Source: a virus (Duplodnaviria; Caudoviricetes). Taken from it: a DNA stretch of 29,314 bases. Below are positions 8,634-18,289 of the stretch, piece after piece. Positions within the stretch are counted from its first letter, which is position 1. Each line of letters opens with the position of its first letter. The position numbers were made by a program, and so were the translations under genes. The DNA is taken from IMG/VR virus record IMGVR_UViG_3300044854_000029, positions 1 to 29,314 of that record; one strand, written 5' to 3'. The notes under the pieces were generated by a model, which worked only from the letters and a program-made list of their open reading frames with translations, did not search any database and had not been told where the DNA came from.

Positions 8634-9953
8634 ATGGCCTGGGACTGTCAAGCTTTTTTTGATTACCTCTTCGATCGTACGCCCCATTGGGATTCTAGGG
8701 TCGAGAGGGATTGGTGGCCCATAGACGACGCATGGGTCGGCCAAGTTGAGATGATGCAGTGGGAACCGCGCACTGGCACGAGCCACACGTGGGACCGCGT
8801 GCATGTTGGGACACCGGACCTGACCGGGTGTTGGGAGGAAGTGAACTTCGAGGACGAGCAGTGTGTCGATAATGCGTGCGATCCCGCGAGCAAGACGGTG
8901 AGTTGGGGCAGCACGCGCAAGAGCTACACGTACTCGAGGCAGCGCGTGAAGACATTGCCGCTATGCTTCGATCAGATCAACACGCGGGCACTGGCTGAAC
9001 AGCAGGTGTCGAGCATCGTGGACGGCTTGAAGGACATCGTGAAGATGTACAAGAGCGATTTCATGCGGCGAAACTCGTTGCAAAAGGCGGACTTCATTTA
9101 TATCGCGGATGACAGGAATTTGAGCATCGCGATTGACGCGAACACGTTCAATGTGGATTGCACAGAGATTGACTTGGGGAGTCCAGATAACGTGCCGCAG
9201 AGCCAGTTGACGATTCCGTATCTGCAACGGCAATGGGCACCGCTCCAGTACAACGGTTATTTCAAATCGAAATTCGTGCCGGCTGGCATGATGAAGCTCA
9301 TCACCGATCCAATCGTCGCGTGGCAACTGGAGCAGGGGAATCCGGCGTTGACGGAGAAATATCGGTTCACGGACTTCGTGCGCGGCGGGGAACTGTTCAA
9401 GTACGGCATGAGCACGGCGGTCGGGAATTTCGGCATCAGCTACGATGCGTTCCCGATGCGATTCAATCACATCGGCGGCGGCGTGCTGCGCCGGGTGTTT
9501 CCATACACGAACACGGCAGCGACCATCGGCATCAAACGCCAATTCGATCAGGCGTATGAGGAAGCCTGCATTCAGTATTCACCGATCTGGCATCCGAGCG
9601 CGATGATTGCGCTTGTCCCGTCGCTGCGGAGCGTGTCGCCGGAAGCGCCGTTTTTCAACCGCGACTTGTTCGGGAAGTGGTATTTCTTGGGTGGCAACCG
9701 CGACCGCAGCTTTGTCGCGACTGACCCGAGCACTGGGGACGTTTGCACCATCGACAACACGGCTGGCAATAAGGGCCTTTGGTGGACGGACATGCAAGCC
9801 GGGATCAAATTTGTCAGACCTGAACTCGTTCGCGGTATCCTTCATCTACGTGAACCAGGCTGCTTGGCTAATTCTCCGCGGTGTACCCCATGCCCGGATA
9901 CTTACGCACCGCAAAACTTTGATCAGCTTGCCTTTTGTCAAGAGATTGACTGA
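8634..9953 (+). CDS. Putative major capsid protein
   Basis: 439 aa, downstream of a scaffold-like gene, with a long untranslated leader and a downstream hairpin; size and position fit an HK97-type MCP; not confirmed by search. Confidence 0.7.
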   Translation: MAWDCQAFFDYLFDRTPHWDSRVERDWWPIDDAWVGQVEMMQWEPRTGTSHTWDRVHVGTPDLTGCWEEVNFEDEQCVDNACDPASKTVSWGSTRKSYTYSRQRVKTLPLCFDQINTRALAEQQVSSIVDGLKDIVKMYKSDFMRRNSLQKADFIYIADDRNLSIAIDANTFNVDCTEIDLGSPDNVPQSQLTIPYLQRQWAPLQYNGYFKSKFVPAGMMKLITDPIVAWQLEQGNPALTEKYRFTDFVRGGELFKYGMSTAVGNFGISYDAFPMRFNHIGGGVLRRVFPYTNTAATIGIKRQFDQAYEEACIQYSPIWHPSAMIALVPSLRSVSPEAPFFNRDLFGKWYFLGGNRDRSFVATDPSTGDVCTIDNTAGNKGLWWTDMQAGIKFVRPELVRGILHLREPGCLANSPRCTPCPDTYAPQNFDQLAFCQEID

Positions 9954-10006
9954 TTGGTTTGACGGCGCTGTGGTTCGGCTCATAATCGAGCCACAGCAAC
10001 CAATCA
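9951..10006 (+). terminator. Long hairpin after the capsid gene, containing a promoter-like TTGACG-16-CATAAT
   Basis: TGATTGGTT...AACCAATCA outer arms and GCTGTGGTTCG...CGAGCCACAGC inner arms. Confidence 0.5.
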
Positions 10007-10011
10007 AATCC

Positions 10012-10491
10012 ATGAACGACATCAAGGCCATACACCTAACGGGCGGCGGCTTTACAATTGTAGATAACGCCGACTTCGAATCGCTTAACTGCAAACGTTG
10101 GGGGCGCAACCCGAGTGGGCATGTGCGACGGTATCGAAAAGTTGGTGGAGTCAACCACATCATCTATATGCATCGTGAAATTATGAATGCGCTAGATGGA
10201 GTTGAGGTTGATCATGCCAACGGCTATCCGCAGGACAATACGCGGCGTAATCTGCGCTTTGGTAGTACCTCGCAAAATCAAGGCAACGCAAAAATGCAGG
10301 AGCGTGATAAGGCCGCGCCGTTCAAAGGCGTTACTTATCATAAGCGAGATAAAAAGTGGCAAGCTGCCATCACGCATAAAAGGCGTTCTTCTTGGTTGGG
10401 TTATTTCGACACGCCTGAAGAAGCGGCCCTCGCCTACAACGCAGCGGCCCAAAAGCAATGGGGCGAGTTCGCTCGCCTGAACCCGCTATGA
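10012..10491 (+). CDS. HNH endonuclease with C-terminal AP2 domain (homing endonuclease)
   Basis: YMHREIM..VDHANG..DNTRRNLR..QNQGN HNH motif; FKGV..KWQAAI..LGYF.TPEEAA.AYN.AA..GEFARLN AP2 motif; ATG at 10012. Confidence 0.92.
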   Translation: MNDIKAIHLTGGGFTIVDNADFESLNCKRWGRNPSGHVRRYRKVGGVNHIIYMHREIMNALDGVEVDHANGYPQDNTRRNLRFGSTSQNQGNAKMQERDKAAPFKGVTYHKRDKKWQAAITHKRRSSWLGYFDTPEEAALAYNAAAQKQWGEFARLNPL

Positions 10492-10709
10492 TGACGACGC
10501 CAACCGAAGAAGCCGACAGCATCACGATACCCAAGAGCGTGCTGGGCGACCGCAAGTGCAAGCCCGGCGAGAAGCTGACCTTTACCGTGACGGACGTGGA
10601 CGAGGACGCGGGCGACGTTGAAGTCGTGTTCTCAGGCTACGGCGGCGGCGGCGGTGCTGACCGCGGCGGGCGCGACGAGGAAATGGACCGTTACCCGATG
10701 GAGACTTAA
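10488..10709 (+). CDS. Small acidic protein (73 aa) with a scaffold-like C-terminus
   Basis: ATGA overlap; ends EEMDRYPMET. Confidence 0.65.
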   Translation: MMTTPTEEADSITIPKSVLGDRKCKPGEKLTFTVTDVDEDAGDVEVVFSGYGGGGGADRGGRDEEMDRYPMET

Positions 10710-10712
10710 TCT

Positions 10713-11081
10713 ATGCCACTCACCTGCACAGCAAGCGACATCGCAGAGGCCGCGAAATGCTTCCAAAACTACTGCATCAACGAGGCGGACCGGCTCGCCA
10801 TCGCCGTCCTGTTTAAAGCCAACCAACTCGTGACGGCGGGCGGCACAAACTACGTGACGACGGGTTTCGACGCGCTCATCGCGGATTCGGTGGGGATCAT
10901 CAGCATCGGGCACAACGAGATGTCTGCGGAAGAACTGGCGCTGATGCAGGACGCGACTACCGGAGCGCCGGATACGGTGAATGAATTGCTCGCGGCGGTG
11001 AGTTGTCTGCGGTGCCAGCCGCTCAAGGTACTTCGCAAGGCGCTGCTGTTCCTGCAATGCGCCATCACTGCCGAGGGCTAA
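10713..11081 (+). CDS. Cys-containing putative virion protein
   Basis: 122 aa, tightly packed; shares PDTxNELLA..CLxC with the next gene. Confidence 0.6.
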   Translation: MPLTCTASDIAEAAKCFQNYCINEADRLAIAVLFKANQLVTAGGTNYVTTGFDALIADSVGIISIGHNEMSAEELALMQDATTGAPDTVNELLAAVSCLRCQPLKVLRKALLFLQCAITAEG

Positions 11082-11084
11082 AGC

Positions 11085-11441
11085 ATGGCCGTCATAGACC
11101 CACAGGCGGCGATTGACGCAGCGCAGCCGTGGTGCTGCGTGCCAGTTGGCGACCTTTATTACGCAATCCTTGCGGCCTTAATTGACGTAGGAGAAGGAGG
11201 AACTGTGCCTGATACAAACGAACTCTTGGCTCAAATCGCCTGCTTGAAATGTGCCGTGCAACCCGGCGATGTGCCTCTGTTGATCCTCGGCGCGGTGAGC
11301 AACATCACGAGCGGCGGTGGCGGTGGTGGTGTCCAATGCACCGTTGGAATTCCAGTGGCCGCTCCAAGCTCTGCCTGCGCTATCGCCATCGACGAAAATG
11401 ACGGCACTCTGTACCTGTATTACGCTGGCGCGTGGCATTAG
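11085..11441 (+). CDS. Cys-containing putative virion protein (related to the previous gene)
   Basis: 118 aa; VPDTNELLAQIACLKC; Gly linker and a C-terminal GTLYLY..GAW beta motif. Confidence 0.6.
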   Translation: MAVIDPQAAIDAAQPWCCVPVGDLYYAILAALIDVGEGGTVPDTNELLAQIACLKCAVQPGDVPLLILGAVSNITSGGGGGGVQCTVGIPVAAPSSACAIAIDENDGTLYLYYAGAWH

Positions 11442-11448
11442 CCAATCT

Positions 11449-13893
11449 ATGAAACGATTTCTTGCAGTCCTTGCGATGCTGCTTTGCTTTGCTGGGCACT
11501 CAGCGATTTTCAACAACACCTTCACGACGCAATCCACTGCTGGCTTTAGTATCACCGGCACGAACTTGAGTGTGCCGGGTGTAGTGCGAGCCAATGGAGG
11601 CGCGTTTACGAATAGCCTGACCCGTAACGGAATTGATGCCATCACAGGTTTCGGAAACGTCAATCTCATATCGCGTTTCACGTCCGCCAATGGCATTGGA
11701 AGCTCTAGCATTGGCGACGACGGCGTGACCGTTACTATGACGGAACCTCTGAGCTTGAGCGCGGCGCTCACGGCTCAATCCGGCGCGTTCACCAACAGCC
11801 TGACTCTGAACGGCTCTCCCGTCCTGACCAACGCGCCCGGCAGCGGCATCACGAACTCGGGCACGGGCACGGCGAACACACTGGCGATGTGGACCGGGAC
11901 GAACTCGCTGGGCAATTCGACGATCACGGATGATGGAGGAGGAAACATCACTTTTGGAGCCGAAGGTGCTTCAAGCGTGCTACTGCTCCCACCAAACAAC
12001 CCTATGGGTAACGGAACGGATTTTCAGGTTCAAAGCGGTGCTCCAGGCGTTGATGGTCGAGGTGGAGACATTTCTTTCCTTGCTACCGATGGCACAGGAA
12101 ACGGTCGAGGCGGTAATTTTAATTTCACAGCAGGTGGAGGCAGCGGAACAGGTGTAGGCGGGAAAATGGTATTTGCAGCGGACGCAGATGATGGCTCGAT
12201 TAGTTTTTCGGCCACCGGCAACAACGGAGCCATAAATCTTACAGCAGATACCAAGGTGGAGTTCGATACGCCAAGCGTTATTCCGGTTGGGACAACTGAC
12301 CTTGGAACCTTCGCTAATCGCTGGGAAAACATATTCGCTCGGGTAGGCCATTTCACTGACGGCATGTTCGTCACCAACACCCTGGTCTCGGACGGAGACA
12401 TTGAGACGACCGGCAACATACAGATTCGCAGCGTGCCGTATATCTGGCCCGTGGCGCAGGGCGATGCGAACACAACGCTCGTCAACGACGGCACTGGCAT
12501 CCTGACTTGGACTCCGCTTGTGACAACGCTCTCGCAGAACGGAACCAACGGCGGTACGACCGTGAATTTCACCAACAGCCCCACCGTGACTTGGGCGCGA
12601 GTCGGAAGCAACTGGACGGCGACGGCGGCTAGTGGCGGTAGCCTTTCAGTGAACGGCACCAACGTCACGACGCCGAACCTGACGAACACCTCGACAGTCA
12701 CACTGGCCGTCAGCGGCAGCAACATTCTGGCGACGGCAATTGTGCCAGCGGGCACGGCGACCGCCAGTGGCACCGCGAACATCGTGGCGAAGTTCACGGC
12801 CAGCACTAATCTCGGCAACTCGTCGATCACCGACAACGGCACGACGGTCGCGTTGACCAGTGGAATAACGACGGTCGCTGGCACACAGACCAACACCGCG
12901 AGCACGACAGCCAACGTGCCTTTCGTAGCTGTGGGCGCAAGCGGGCAGACGAACGATTTGATGCAGTGGATGTCGAGTGCGGGCACGAACTATTCAAAGA
13001 TCAACTCTAACGGGCAGTTCCTCCTGCAAAGAGGTAGCCAGACCAATCCTAGCATTGGTTTCCTTGAAGATGCAGACGGTGCTGCCACCGGCTTATTTCG
13101 TCAGGCTGCTGATACGATAGGCTTCACTCTCAATGGAACCGAAAGAGTCAGGATCGCTAGTGGCGGAGCACTTCACACCACCTTTTTCGCCGCAACCTCT
13201 GATGGGAATTTTGGCTTCACCTCATCCACATCCCTTGGCGGATCATATGATACCACGTTAGGCCGCGATGCCGCAGCCGTGATTCAGATGGGCGCAGACG
13301 CCGCAACGCCCGTCAATCAGGCTTTCAAAGCTGCTGACGGTTCAGGCACCGACAAGGCAGGCGCGAACTTCACTCTCGAAGGCGGGCAAGGCACTGGCAC
13401 TGGCGCAGGTGGAACGTTGTTCTTCGCAACCTCCAAGGCGCAAACCACTGCATCCATTGTCAACCCTTACACGAATTGGGTTTCCTTGGATGCGAATGGC
13501 GTTCTTGCAGCCGGGACAGTGGTGGTGACAAATTATGTTCGGATGCCTTGGACAACGCTGACGATGACTGGCTCGAACGTGTCAAGCATCGACTTCGCTG
13601 CGGCCAGCATGTTCAAGCTGACGCTAACGAACGACGCGTTCTTCGTCGCGCCCAGCAACCTGCCCGGAACTAACGCAGCGCAGACTATTCAAGTGCATGT
13701 TTTGCAGGACGGAACGGGCACCCGGACGTTGACGCTAACCAACAGTGCGTGGGTCATGGCCGGGTCGGGCACAGCGACGAATGCTGTGGTCGCATTGAAC
13801 ACCAACGCAAATTCCGTGACCGTGCTAACCTTTGTCACAAGCCCATTCTCAGCTACGCAAGCCTACGGAACGCTCGTCACTCCCGGTCTATGA
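11449..13893 (+). CDS. Fibre/adhesin-like beta-rich protein with a Sec-type signal peptide (814 aa)
   Basis: MKRFLAVLAMLLCFAGHSA N-terminus; Thr/Asn/Gly-rich; repeated GTANxxAxxTxxxxLGNSxITDxG units; C-terminal VLQDGTGTRTLT fibre-type motif. Confidence 0.7.
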   Translation: MKRFLAVLAMLLCFAGHSAIFNNTFTTQSTAGFSITGTNLSVPGVVRANGGAFTNSLTRNGIDAITGFGNVNLISRFTSANGIGSSSIGDDGVTVTMTEPLSLSAALTAQSGAFTNSLTLNGSPVLTNAPGSGITNSGTGTANTLAMWTGTNSLGNSTITDDGGGNITFGAEGASSVLLLPPNNPMGNGTDFQVQSGAPGVDGRGGDISFLATDGTGNGRGGNFNFTAGGGSGTGVGGKMVFAADADDGSISFSATGNNGAINLTADTKVEFDTPSVIPVGTTDLGTFANRWENIFARVGHFTDGMFVTNTLVSDGDIETTGNIQIRSVPYIWPVAQGDANTTLVNDGTGILTWTPLVTTLSQNGTNGGTTVNFTNSPTVTWARVGSNWTATAASGGSLSVNGTNVTTPNLTNTSTVTLAVSGSNILATAIVPAGTATASGTANIVAKFTASTNLGNSSITDNGTTVALTSGITTVAGTQTNTASTTANVPFVAVGASGQTNDLMQWMSSAGTNYSKINSNGQFLLQRGSQTNPSIGFLEDADGAATGLFRQAADTIGFTLNGTERVRIASGGALHTTFFAATSDGNFGFTSSTSLGGSYDTTLGRDAAAVIQMGADAATPVNQAFKAADGSGTDKAGANFTLEGGQGTGTGAGGTLFFATSKAQTTASIVNPYTNWVSLDANGVLAAGTVVVTNYVRMPWTTLTMTGSNVSSIDFAAASMFKLTLTNDAFFVAPSNLPGTNAAQTIQVHVLQDGTGTRTLTLTNSAWVMAGSGTATNAVVALNTNANSVTVLTFVTSPFSATQAYGTLVTPGL

Positions 13894-14774
13894 ACCGTCG
13901 TCGCTTCGTTTACTGCGCCGCCACCGGATTGATGGTGCCTGCGGTGCGGGCGGCCATAATCCCGTTCAGCTTTTGGAGCAGCGGCTGCCCGTTAAGCAGC
14001 AACGCGGCGTTCGCGTTGAACGATTGGATCAGCCGCGTGCAAGCCGCGAGCAGCGACGTAACGATTGCCGGGACGCGGGCCGCAGTGGGTTGCTACATCG
14101 ACGGGCTGATGGCCGATGGCGTATGGACGAAGCTGGTGCGTCACAGCATTTTCGCCGGTAACGACCTGAACGCGCTCAAGGCTCCGCTGAAGAACGGCGG
14201 TCCGTCTTCGGCTGATGTGCTTCCCAACTTCGTCGCTGGCGACTACACGCAGGCTGTCGGGTTGCAAGGCGGCAACACCAAATACGTGGACACTGGGCTG
14301 CCGTGGAATAGCACCGCGGGCAGCATGAGCGACACGAGCTTTCACGCCAGCCTCTATACGCGAACGCTGCAAACCGCAGGACTCGCCACGTTGCAATTCG
14401 GCACGGCAGGCGCGGTCTATACGGCGCTCATTATCAGGACCGACGCCAACACCTACTTTTACCTGAACTCATCGACGGACACGATTGTGACGTATTCGGA
14501 CCCTGACGGCATTGGGCATTACATCGGCACGCGGACGGCCTCAAACGCATCGGCGCTCTACAAGAACGGCGCGTCTGTCGCAACCGGCCTTATTGCCATC
14601 GGCGCGCGGCTCACGGGAACCATGTTTATCGGGTGCCTCAACAACAACGGTGCGCCAACGGCTTATTCGGACGCGATCTTCGAGCAGTACTCAGTGGGCA
14701 CAGGGATGACCGCAACTGACGCGACCAACTTGTATAATCGGTACGTGAAGCTCAGGAAAGCGCTTCGGCGATGA
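13890..14774 (+). CDS. LamG/concanavalin-like domain protein with a Tat-like signal
   Basis: ATGA overlap; MNRRRFVYCAATGLMVPAVRA; HYIGTR..ALYKNG..MFIG jelly-roll pattern. Confidence 0.65.
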   Translation: MNRRRFVYCAATGLMVPAVRAAIIPFSFWSSGCPLSSNAAFALNDWISRVQAASSDVTIAGTRAAVGCYIDGLMADGVWTKLVRHSIFAGNDLNALKAPLKNGGPSSADVLPNFVAGDYTQAVGLQGGNTKYVDTGLPWNSTAGSMSDTSFHASLYTRTLQTAGLATLQFGTAGAVYTALIIRTDANTYFYLNSSTDTIVTYSDPDGIGHYIGTRTASNASALYKNGASVATGLIAIGARLTGTMFIGCLNNNGAPTAYSDAIFEQYSVGTGMTATDATNLYNRYVKLRKALRR

Positions 14775-14866
14775 GTCGGCGTGACAAGGCGTGGGCCATC
14801 GCGTTCACGCTGTTCTGGCTCGCGGTGATGGTGTTGTATGCGATGTTGATGAAAGGAAAACTATGA
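14771..14866 (+). CDS. 31-aa single-TM peptide (MSRRDKAWAIAFTLFWLAVMVLYAMLMKGKL)
   Basis: ATGA overlaps at both ends; hydrophobic helix. Confidence 0.55.
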   Translation: MSRRDKAWAIAFTLFWLAVMVLYAMLMKGKL

Positions 14867-15267
14867 AGAAGCTACTTATACTGCTCGCGACGTGCGGCAC
14901 GCTCGCGGCTCAAAGCGTCTCGGTGCGGGTCGTCACCAACGACGGTTCGTTGCAGGCGACGAACACAATCAACGTCCCGGCCATCTACGTGCAAGGGATG
15001 CTGGCGCTGTGGGCTGACAACTCTCGCACGCGCACGAATGCGGGGCTGGCGGCGCTGACATTCAATCAGTTCGCCTCGCAGGAGCTGGGCGACAAGAGCG
15101 CGGAATGGAACCGGCGCGGCGGCTTGGATGCGGCCGCGGCGTTCGCGCTGACGCAGGGGCAGACCAACTTGGCCATTCCAAACCGCGTTGGCGACCTCTG
15201 GGGCGGCTTCACGCAGGCGCAGCGCACCAACGTCATCCAGTTCATCTCGACGGTCGGGCCGTTTTGA
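14863..15267 (+). CDS. Secreted hypothetical protein
   Basis: MKKLLILLATCGTLAAQ signal peptide; TN-rich; AAGGA RBS. Confidence 0.65.
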   Translation: MKKLLILLATCGTLAAQSVSVRVVTNDGSLQATNTINVPAIYVQGMLALWADNSRTRTNAGLAALTFNQFASQELGDKSAEWNRRGGLDAAAAFALTQGQTNLAIPNRVGDLWGGFTQAQRTNVIQFISTVGPF

Positions 15268-15271
15268 GCGG

Positions 15272-15300
15272 TTGACGGTATCTTGAGCGGAGCGCACTCT
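15272..15300 (+). promoter_or_regulatory. Sigma70-like promoter, probably leaderless
   Basis: TTGACG-17-CACTCT; ATG 15307 lies 7 nt after the -10. Confidence 0.45.
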
Positions 15301-15306
15301 GCCAGC

Positions 15307-16011
15307 ATGAAAAACCTACTGTGGACATTGTGTGCAATTCTGCTGGCGGCGAATACGGTGGAGGCTCAGGTGAGCGTCCCGATCACGGCGAACAAGTGGC
15401 AACTCTGGAACCGGGCGGTGGGCCGTCTGCCCGTCCACGCCGTCGCTGGTGGCGGCATCGGGTTCGACTTTGAAGTTTCAGCACAGCCTGATCCGAACGC
15501 GGGTCCGACGTGGTGCGGTTATCTCGTGTCGCCGGTCCACAACATCGCGCTTACAGGTTCGGAGGTCGTTGTCACGTTTGCCATCACGGCGGACCCAAGC
15601 GTAATCTGGAACTACGCAAGCGATTCATGGAACACCAACCCACCGCCGGCGAATTTCCACGTTTACGTTCAGACCAACGAGGGGAGCGGCGGCAATTGCA
15701 AGGAGTTATTCTCCCTGTGCAATCCACCGCAATTGCGTTGGTGGAGCAATCCGGTGAAGTTCACGCTAGTTGACACGGGCGGGACAGTGGAACTGCACGT
15801 CCCGCTTACGCCGGAGAATTGGAGCGAGACCGACGGCGTGCAGGCAACCGACCCGACGTTTTACCCGTACTGGGTGCAGACGATGAACAATCCGAAGTGG
15901 GTGGGCATAACCTTCGGCGGAGGCGGACCGTTCGGGCACGGCGTCAACGCCACGCTGCAACCGGGCGTTGCGGTGCCAACGTTCACGTTGCTCGGATGGC
16001 GGACGCAGTAA
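15307..16011 (+). CDS. Secreted beta-rich hypothetical protein (possibly carbohydrate-binding)
   Basis: MKNLLWTLCAILLAANTVEA signal; Trp-rich; RWWSNP, GITFGGG..FGHGV. Confidence 0.65.
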   Translation: MKNLLWTLCAILLAANTVEAQVSVPITANKWQLWNRAVGRLPVHAVAGGGIGFDFEVSAQPDPNAGPTWCGYLVSPVHNIALTGSEVVVTFAITADPSVIWNYASDSWNTNPPPANFHVYVQTNEGSGGNCKELFSLCNPPQLRWWSNPVKFTLVDTGGTVELHVPLTPENWSETDGVQATDPTFYPYWVQTMNNPKWVGITFGGGGPFGHGVNATLQPGVAVPTFTLLGWRTQ

Positions 16012-16024
16012 GCGGTAAAGGCGG

Positions 16025-16053
16025 TTGACAGCGCCCAAGGCGGGTCGGACACT
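16025..16053 (+). promoter_or_regulatory. Sigma70-like promoter, probably leaderless
   Basis: TTGACA-17-GACACT; ATG 16060 lies 7 nt after the -10. Confidence 0.45.
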
Positions 16054-16059
16054 TGCGGG

Positions 16060-16242
16060 ATGAATGATCAAGTCCTATCGGCAATACGCAGTGTTTTGAA
16101 GATCGGCGGTGGCTGGCTCATCGCCAAGGGTTACGCCGACAATTCAAATGTCGAAATGGTCATCGCTGGCATTATCGCAGCGGCGGGCATTGTGTGGTCT
16201 TGGGCGCATCATCAGGCTAATACGCCAATGTCGAAGCCGTAG
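16060..16242 (+). CDS. Putative holin (two TM, Pam3-gp28-like)
   Basis: 60 aa; IRSVLKIGGGWLIAKG...IAGIIAAAGIVWS pattern. Confidence 0.7.
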   Translation: MNDQVLSAIRSVLKIGGGWLIAKGYADNSNVEMVIAGIIAAAGIVWSWAHHQANTPMSKP

Positions 16243-16245
16243 AGT

Positions 16246-16590
16246 GTGCGTCACGCCGCTTACCTCTATTATCCGAATGACGAACTCGTGCTCTACATCG
16301 CCATCATTGCGCCGAACAACAAGGTGCGGTTCTTCACTGAGGCGGGCACGGAGGCGTGCTGCACGGCCGTGCCGCTGGAGAAGGCGCTTCACAATGGGCG
16401 CTTCGTGCAGCTTGGCGTTACCAACAGGCGGTCGCAGTGCAGCAAGTTTGACATGGCCGGAGAGCGCGACCCGCTGCCGCCCGAGTCCATGGTGCAGCCT
16501 TACTTTGATCCCAGCGGCAACGACGGCTTGGGCTGTTGGCGCGGCCACGAGCCTGCCGACAAGCGCAACGGCCATCAACGAAACGGACAC
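16246..16590 (+). CDS. Hypothetical coding segment, in frame with the downstream Fn3 gene
   Basis: GTG start 3 nt after the holin stop; no stop codon before ATG 16591. Confidence 0.35.
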
Positions 16591-17508
16591 ATGAAAAAAG
16601 CACTCATCCTATTGGCCACGGCGCTCGCTTGCCTTGGCGTCAACGCGGCGAACACCAACCTCGTCTGGAACCCGAGCGCAGGCGCGACCAGCTACCGCGT
16701 GTATGCGTCGGTGGGCACGGCGGCGTTTGCGCCCATCCTTGACCTGACCGGAAACACGGCGTCGGTGCCAGTGGCCGTCAGTGCCGTGACGCGCTTCTAC
16801 GTGACGGCGTTGAATAGCGTCGGCGAGAGCGGGCCGTCAAACACGGTAACGAACAACCCGGTGCCAGTGCCAAGCGGTCCAGTCATCACCATGGTCGCAC
16901 CGGGCCTCTCAACGACCAACGTGGAGATGGGAGCGAGCGTCAACATCACGGCGCTGATACAGAATACGGGCGATGCGGACTTTGTGGCGGTGGACGGCGC
17001 ACTGACGCTGTTGCCGCCCGGTGCGACCCGCGACAGCGGGCCCTACATCCACGTCGCGATTGTGTCACCGCCGCTGGTCGTGAGCGCCAAGAGTAGCGCA
17101 GCTATCACCGGGACGTGGACGGCCACACCAGGCACCGCGACGGGCATCTACACCGCGTACATGGTCGTCAAGAGCAGCGCGGGCGTGTGGACGGCATCGC
17201 CCTACAGCTACTTCACCGTCACTCTTGCGCCTGCGCCGAGCGTGCCACCGGCTCCGACCGATTTGCGCATTACGCCCGTGACGCAAACTCGGCTCGACCT
17301 CCGCTGGGTGGGCACGATGACGGCCTCGACCGAGGTGGAGCGCAACGAGGAGAACACCAGCTTCAAGCGCGTGGCGACGGTCGCGCCGGGGATTCAGAAT
17401 GTCAGCGACAGCATCCGACGGCGGCGGAACTACGCCTATCGCGTAAGGCAACGCAACAGTTTTGGCACGGGGCCGTACAGCAACGTGGCCGAGTATGCCG
17501 CACCATGA
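16591..17508 (+). CDS. Secreted fibronectin type III domain protein
   Basis: MKKALILLATALACLGVNA signal; LVWNPSAGATSYRVY..FYVTALNSVGESGPSN and PPAPTDL..LRW..YAYRVR..GPYSN Fn3 motifs. Confidence 0.8.
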   Translation: MKKALILLATALACLGVNAANTNLVWNPSAGATSYRVYASVGTAAFAPILDLTGNTASVPVAVSAVTRFYVTALNSVGESGPSNTVTNNPVPVPSGPVITMVAPGLSTTNVEMGASVNITALIQNTGDADFVAVDGALTLLPPGATRDSGPYIHVAIVSPPLVVSAKSSAAITGTWTATPGTATGIYTAYMVVKSSAGVWTASPYSYFTVTLAPAPSVPPAPTDLRITPVTQTRLDLRWVGTMTASTEVERNEENTSFKRVATVAPGIQNVSDSIRRRRNYAYRVRQRNSFGTGPYSNVAEYAAP

Positions 17509-17714
17509 TTTCCAAATTGCCAATCGAACAGCAAATCTCGTGGCTTTCCAGTCATGCTGCTGGGACATTGAAAGCGCATTCCATGAACGAGACTCAGCAG
17601 GACTTCTGGCTGACGATATTGAACGTGACGAACGAAATATCGGCGCTGCGGCAACGCCTAAGTCGGCTTGAGGATAAAGTGGAAGATTCGGGCCAATTTC
17701 GCATTGGCGGGTAG
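17505..17714 (+). CDS. Hypothetical coiled-coil protein (69 aa)
   Basis: ATGA overlap; MISKLPIEQQ... Confidence 0.5.
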   Translation: MISKLPIEQQISWLSSHAAGTLKAHSMNETQQDFWLTILNVTNEISALRQRLSRLEDKVEDSGQFRIGG

Positions 17715-17761
17715 CCAATATTTTCGGCTGACAATCCAGCGGATATGGGCGAAATTTGCGG

Positions 17762-18289
17762 ATGGAAAAAGGGACCAAACCGGACGACGGCAAAGGAACG
17801 CCAAGCCACGCCACAATTGAACGCTGGTTGCTGTCGCTGGAACGGCTCATGGACGAGCGCGACCGGCGCTACGAGGACAGGTTCACGGCACTCGACAGGG
17901 CCACAGAGAAGGCGCTGGTAGCGGTGCGCGAGCAGACTGCCGCCGCATTCAAGGCCAATGAAACCGCCATCGGAAAAGCGGAGGACGCCCAACGCAGCTA
18001 CAACGAGCGCAGCAACGAGTTTCGCGGCCAATTGGACGATCAGGCGAAGCGCCTCATGGCCCGCGAGGAGGCACTGACCAAATTCTCTGTCGTTGATGAT
18101 AAGATCGAAGATATCAAACGCGAGCTTGTGAAGCTGCGCGAGGCGCAGATGGAGAGCGGCGGACGGCGCGTGCAACAGCAGGAGAGCCAGCAAACGGTGC
18201 GCTGGGGCATCGGGCAAACCATCGCGGTCGTTGGCGTGCTCACGGCGATTCTGGTTGCGCTCATCGAGTTGCTGCGAAACAAACCATGA
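17762..18289 (+). CDS. Coiled-coil protein with a C-terminal TM helix
   Basis: Charged heptads, then WGIGQTIAVVGVLTAILVALIELL. Confidence 0.65.
   Translation: MEKGTKPDDGKGTPSHATIERWLLSLERLMDERDRRYEDRFTALDRATEKALVAVREQTAAAFKANETAIGKAEDAQRSYNERSNEFRGQLDDQAKRLMAREEALTKFSVVDDKIEDIKRELVKLREAQMESGGRRVQQQESQQTVRWGIGQTIAVVGVLTAILVALIELLRNKP

Noticed and set aside
8694-8744. Reverse-complement reading of array B units 14-30 against the capsid N-terminus (E, D, P, W spacing)
   Set aside because: Only 15/34 nt match, which is not distinguishable from chance
9318-9359. Array C (L..NPTL) against capsid LEQGNPAL
   Set aside because: Only 11/28 nt match; too weak
12030-12986. Long antisense ORFs (also 8961-9542, 17594-18295 and 24942-25958)
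   Set aside because: Mirror frames of well-supported genes with GC3 bias; no motifs or RBS
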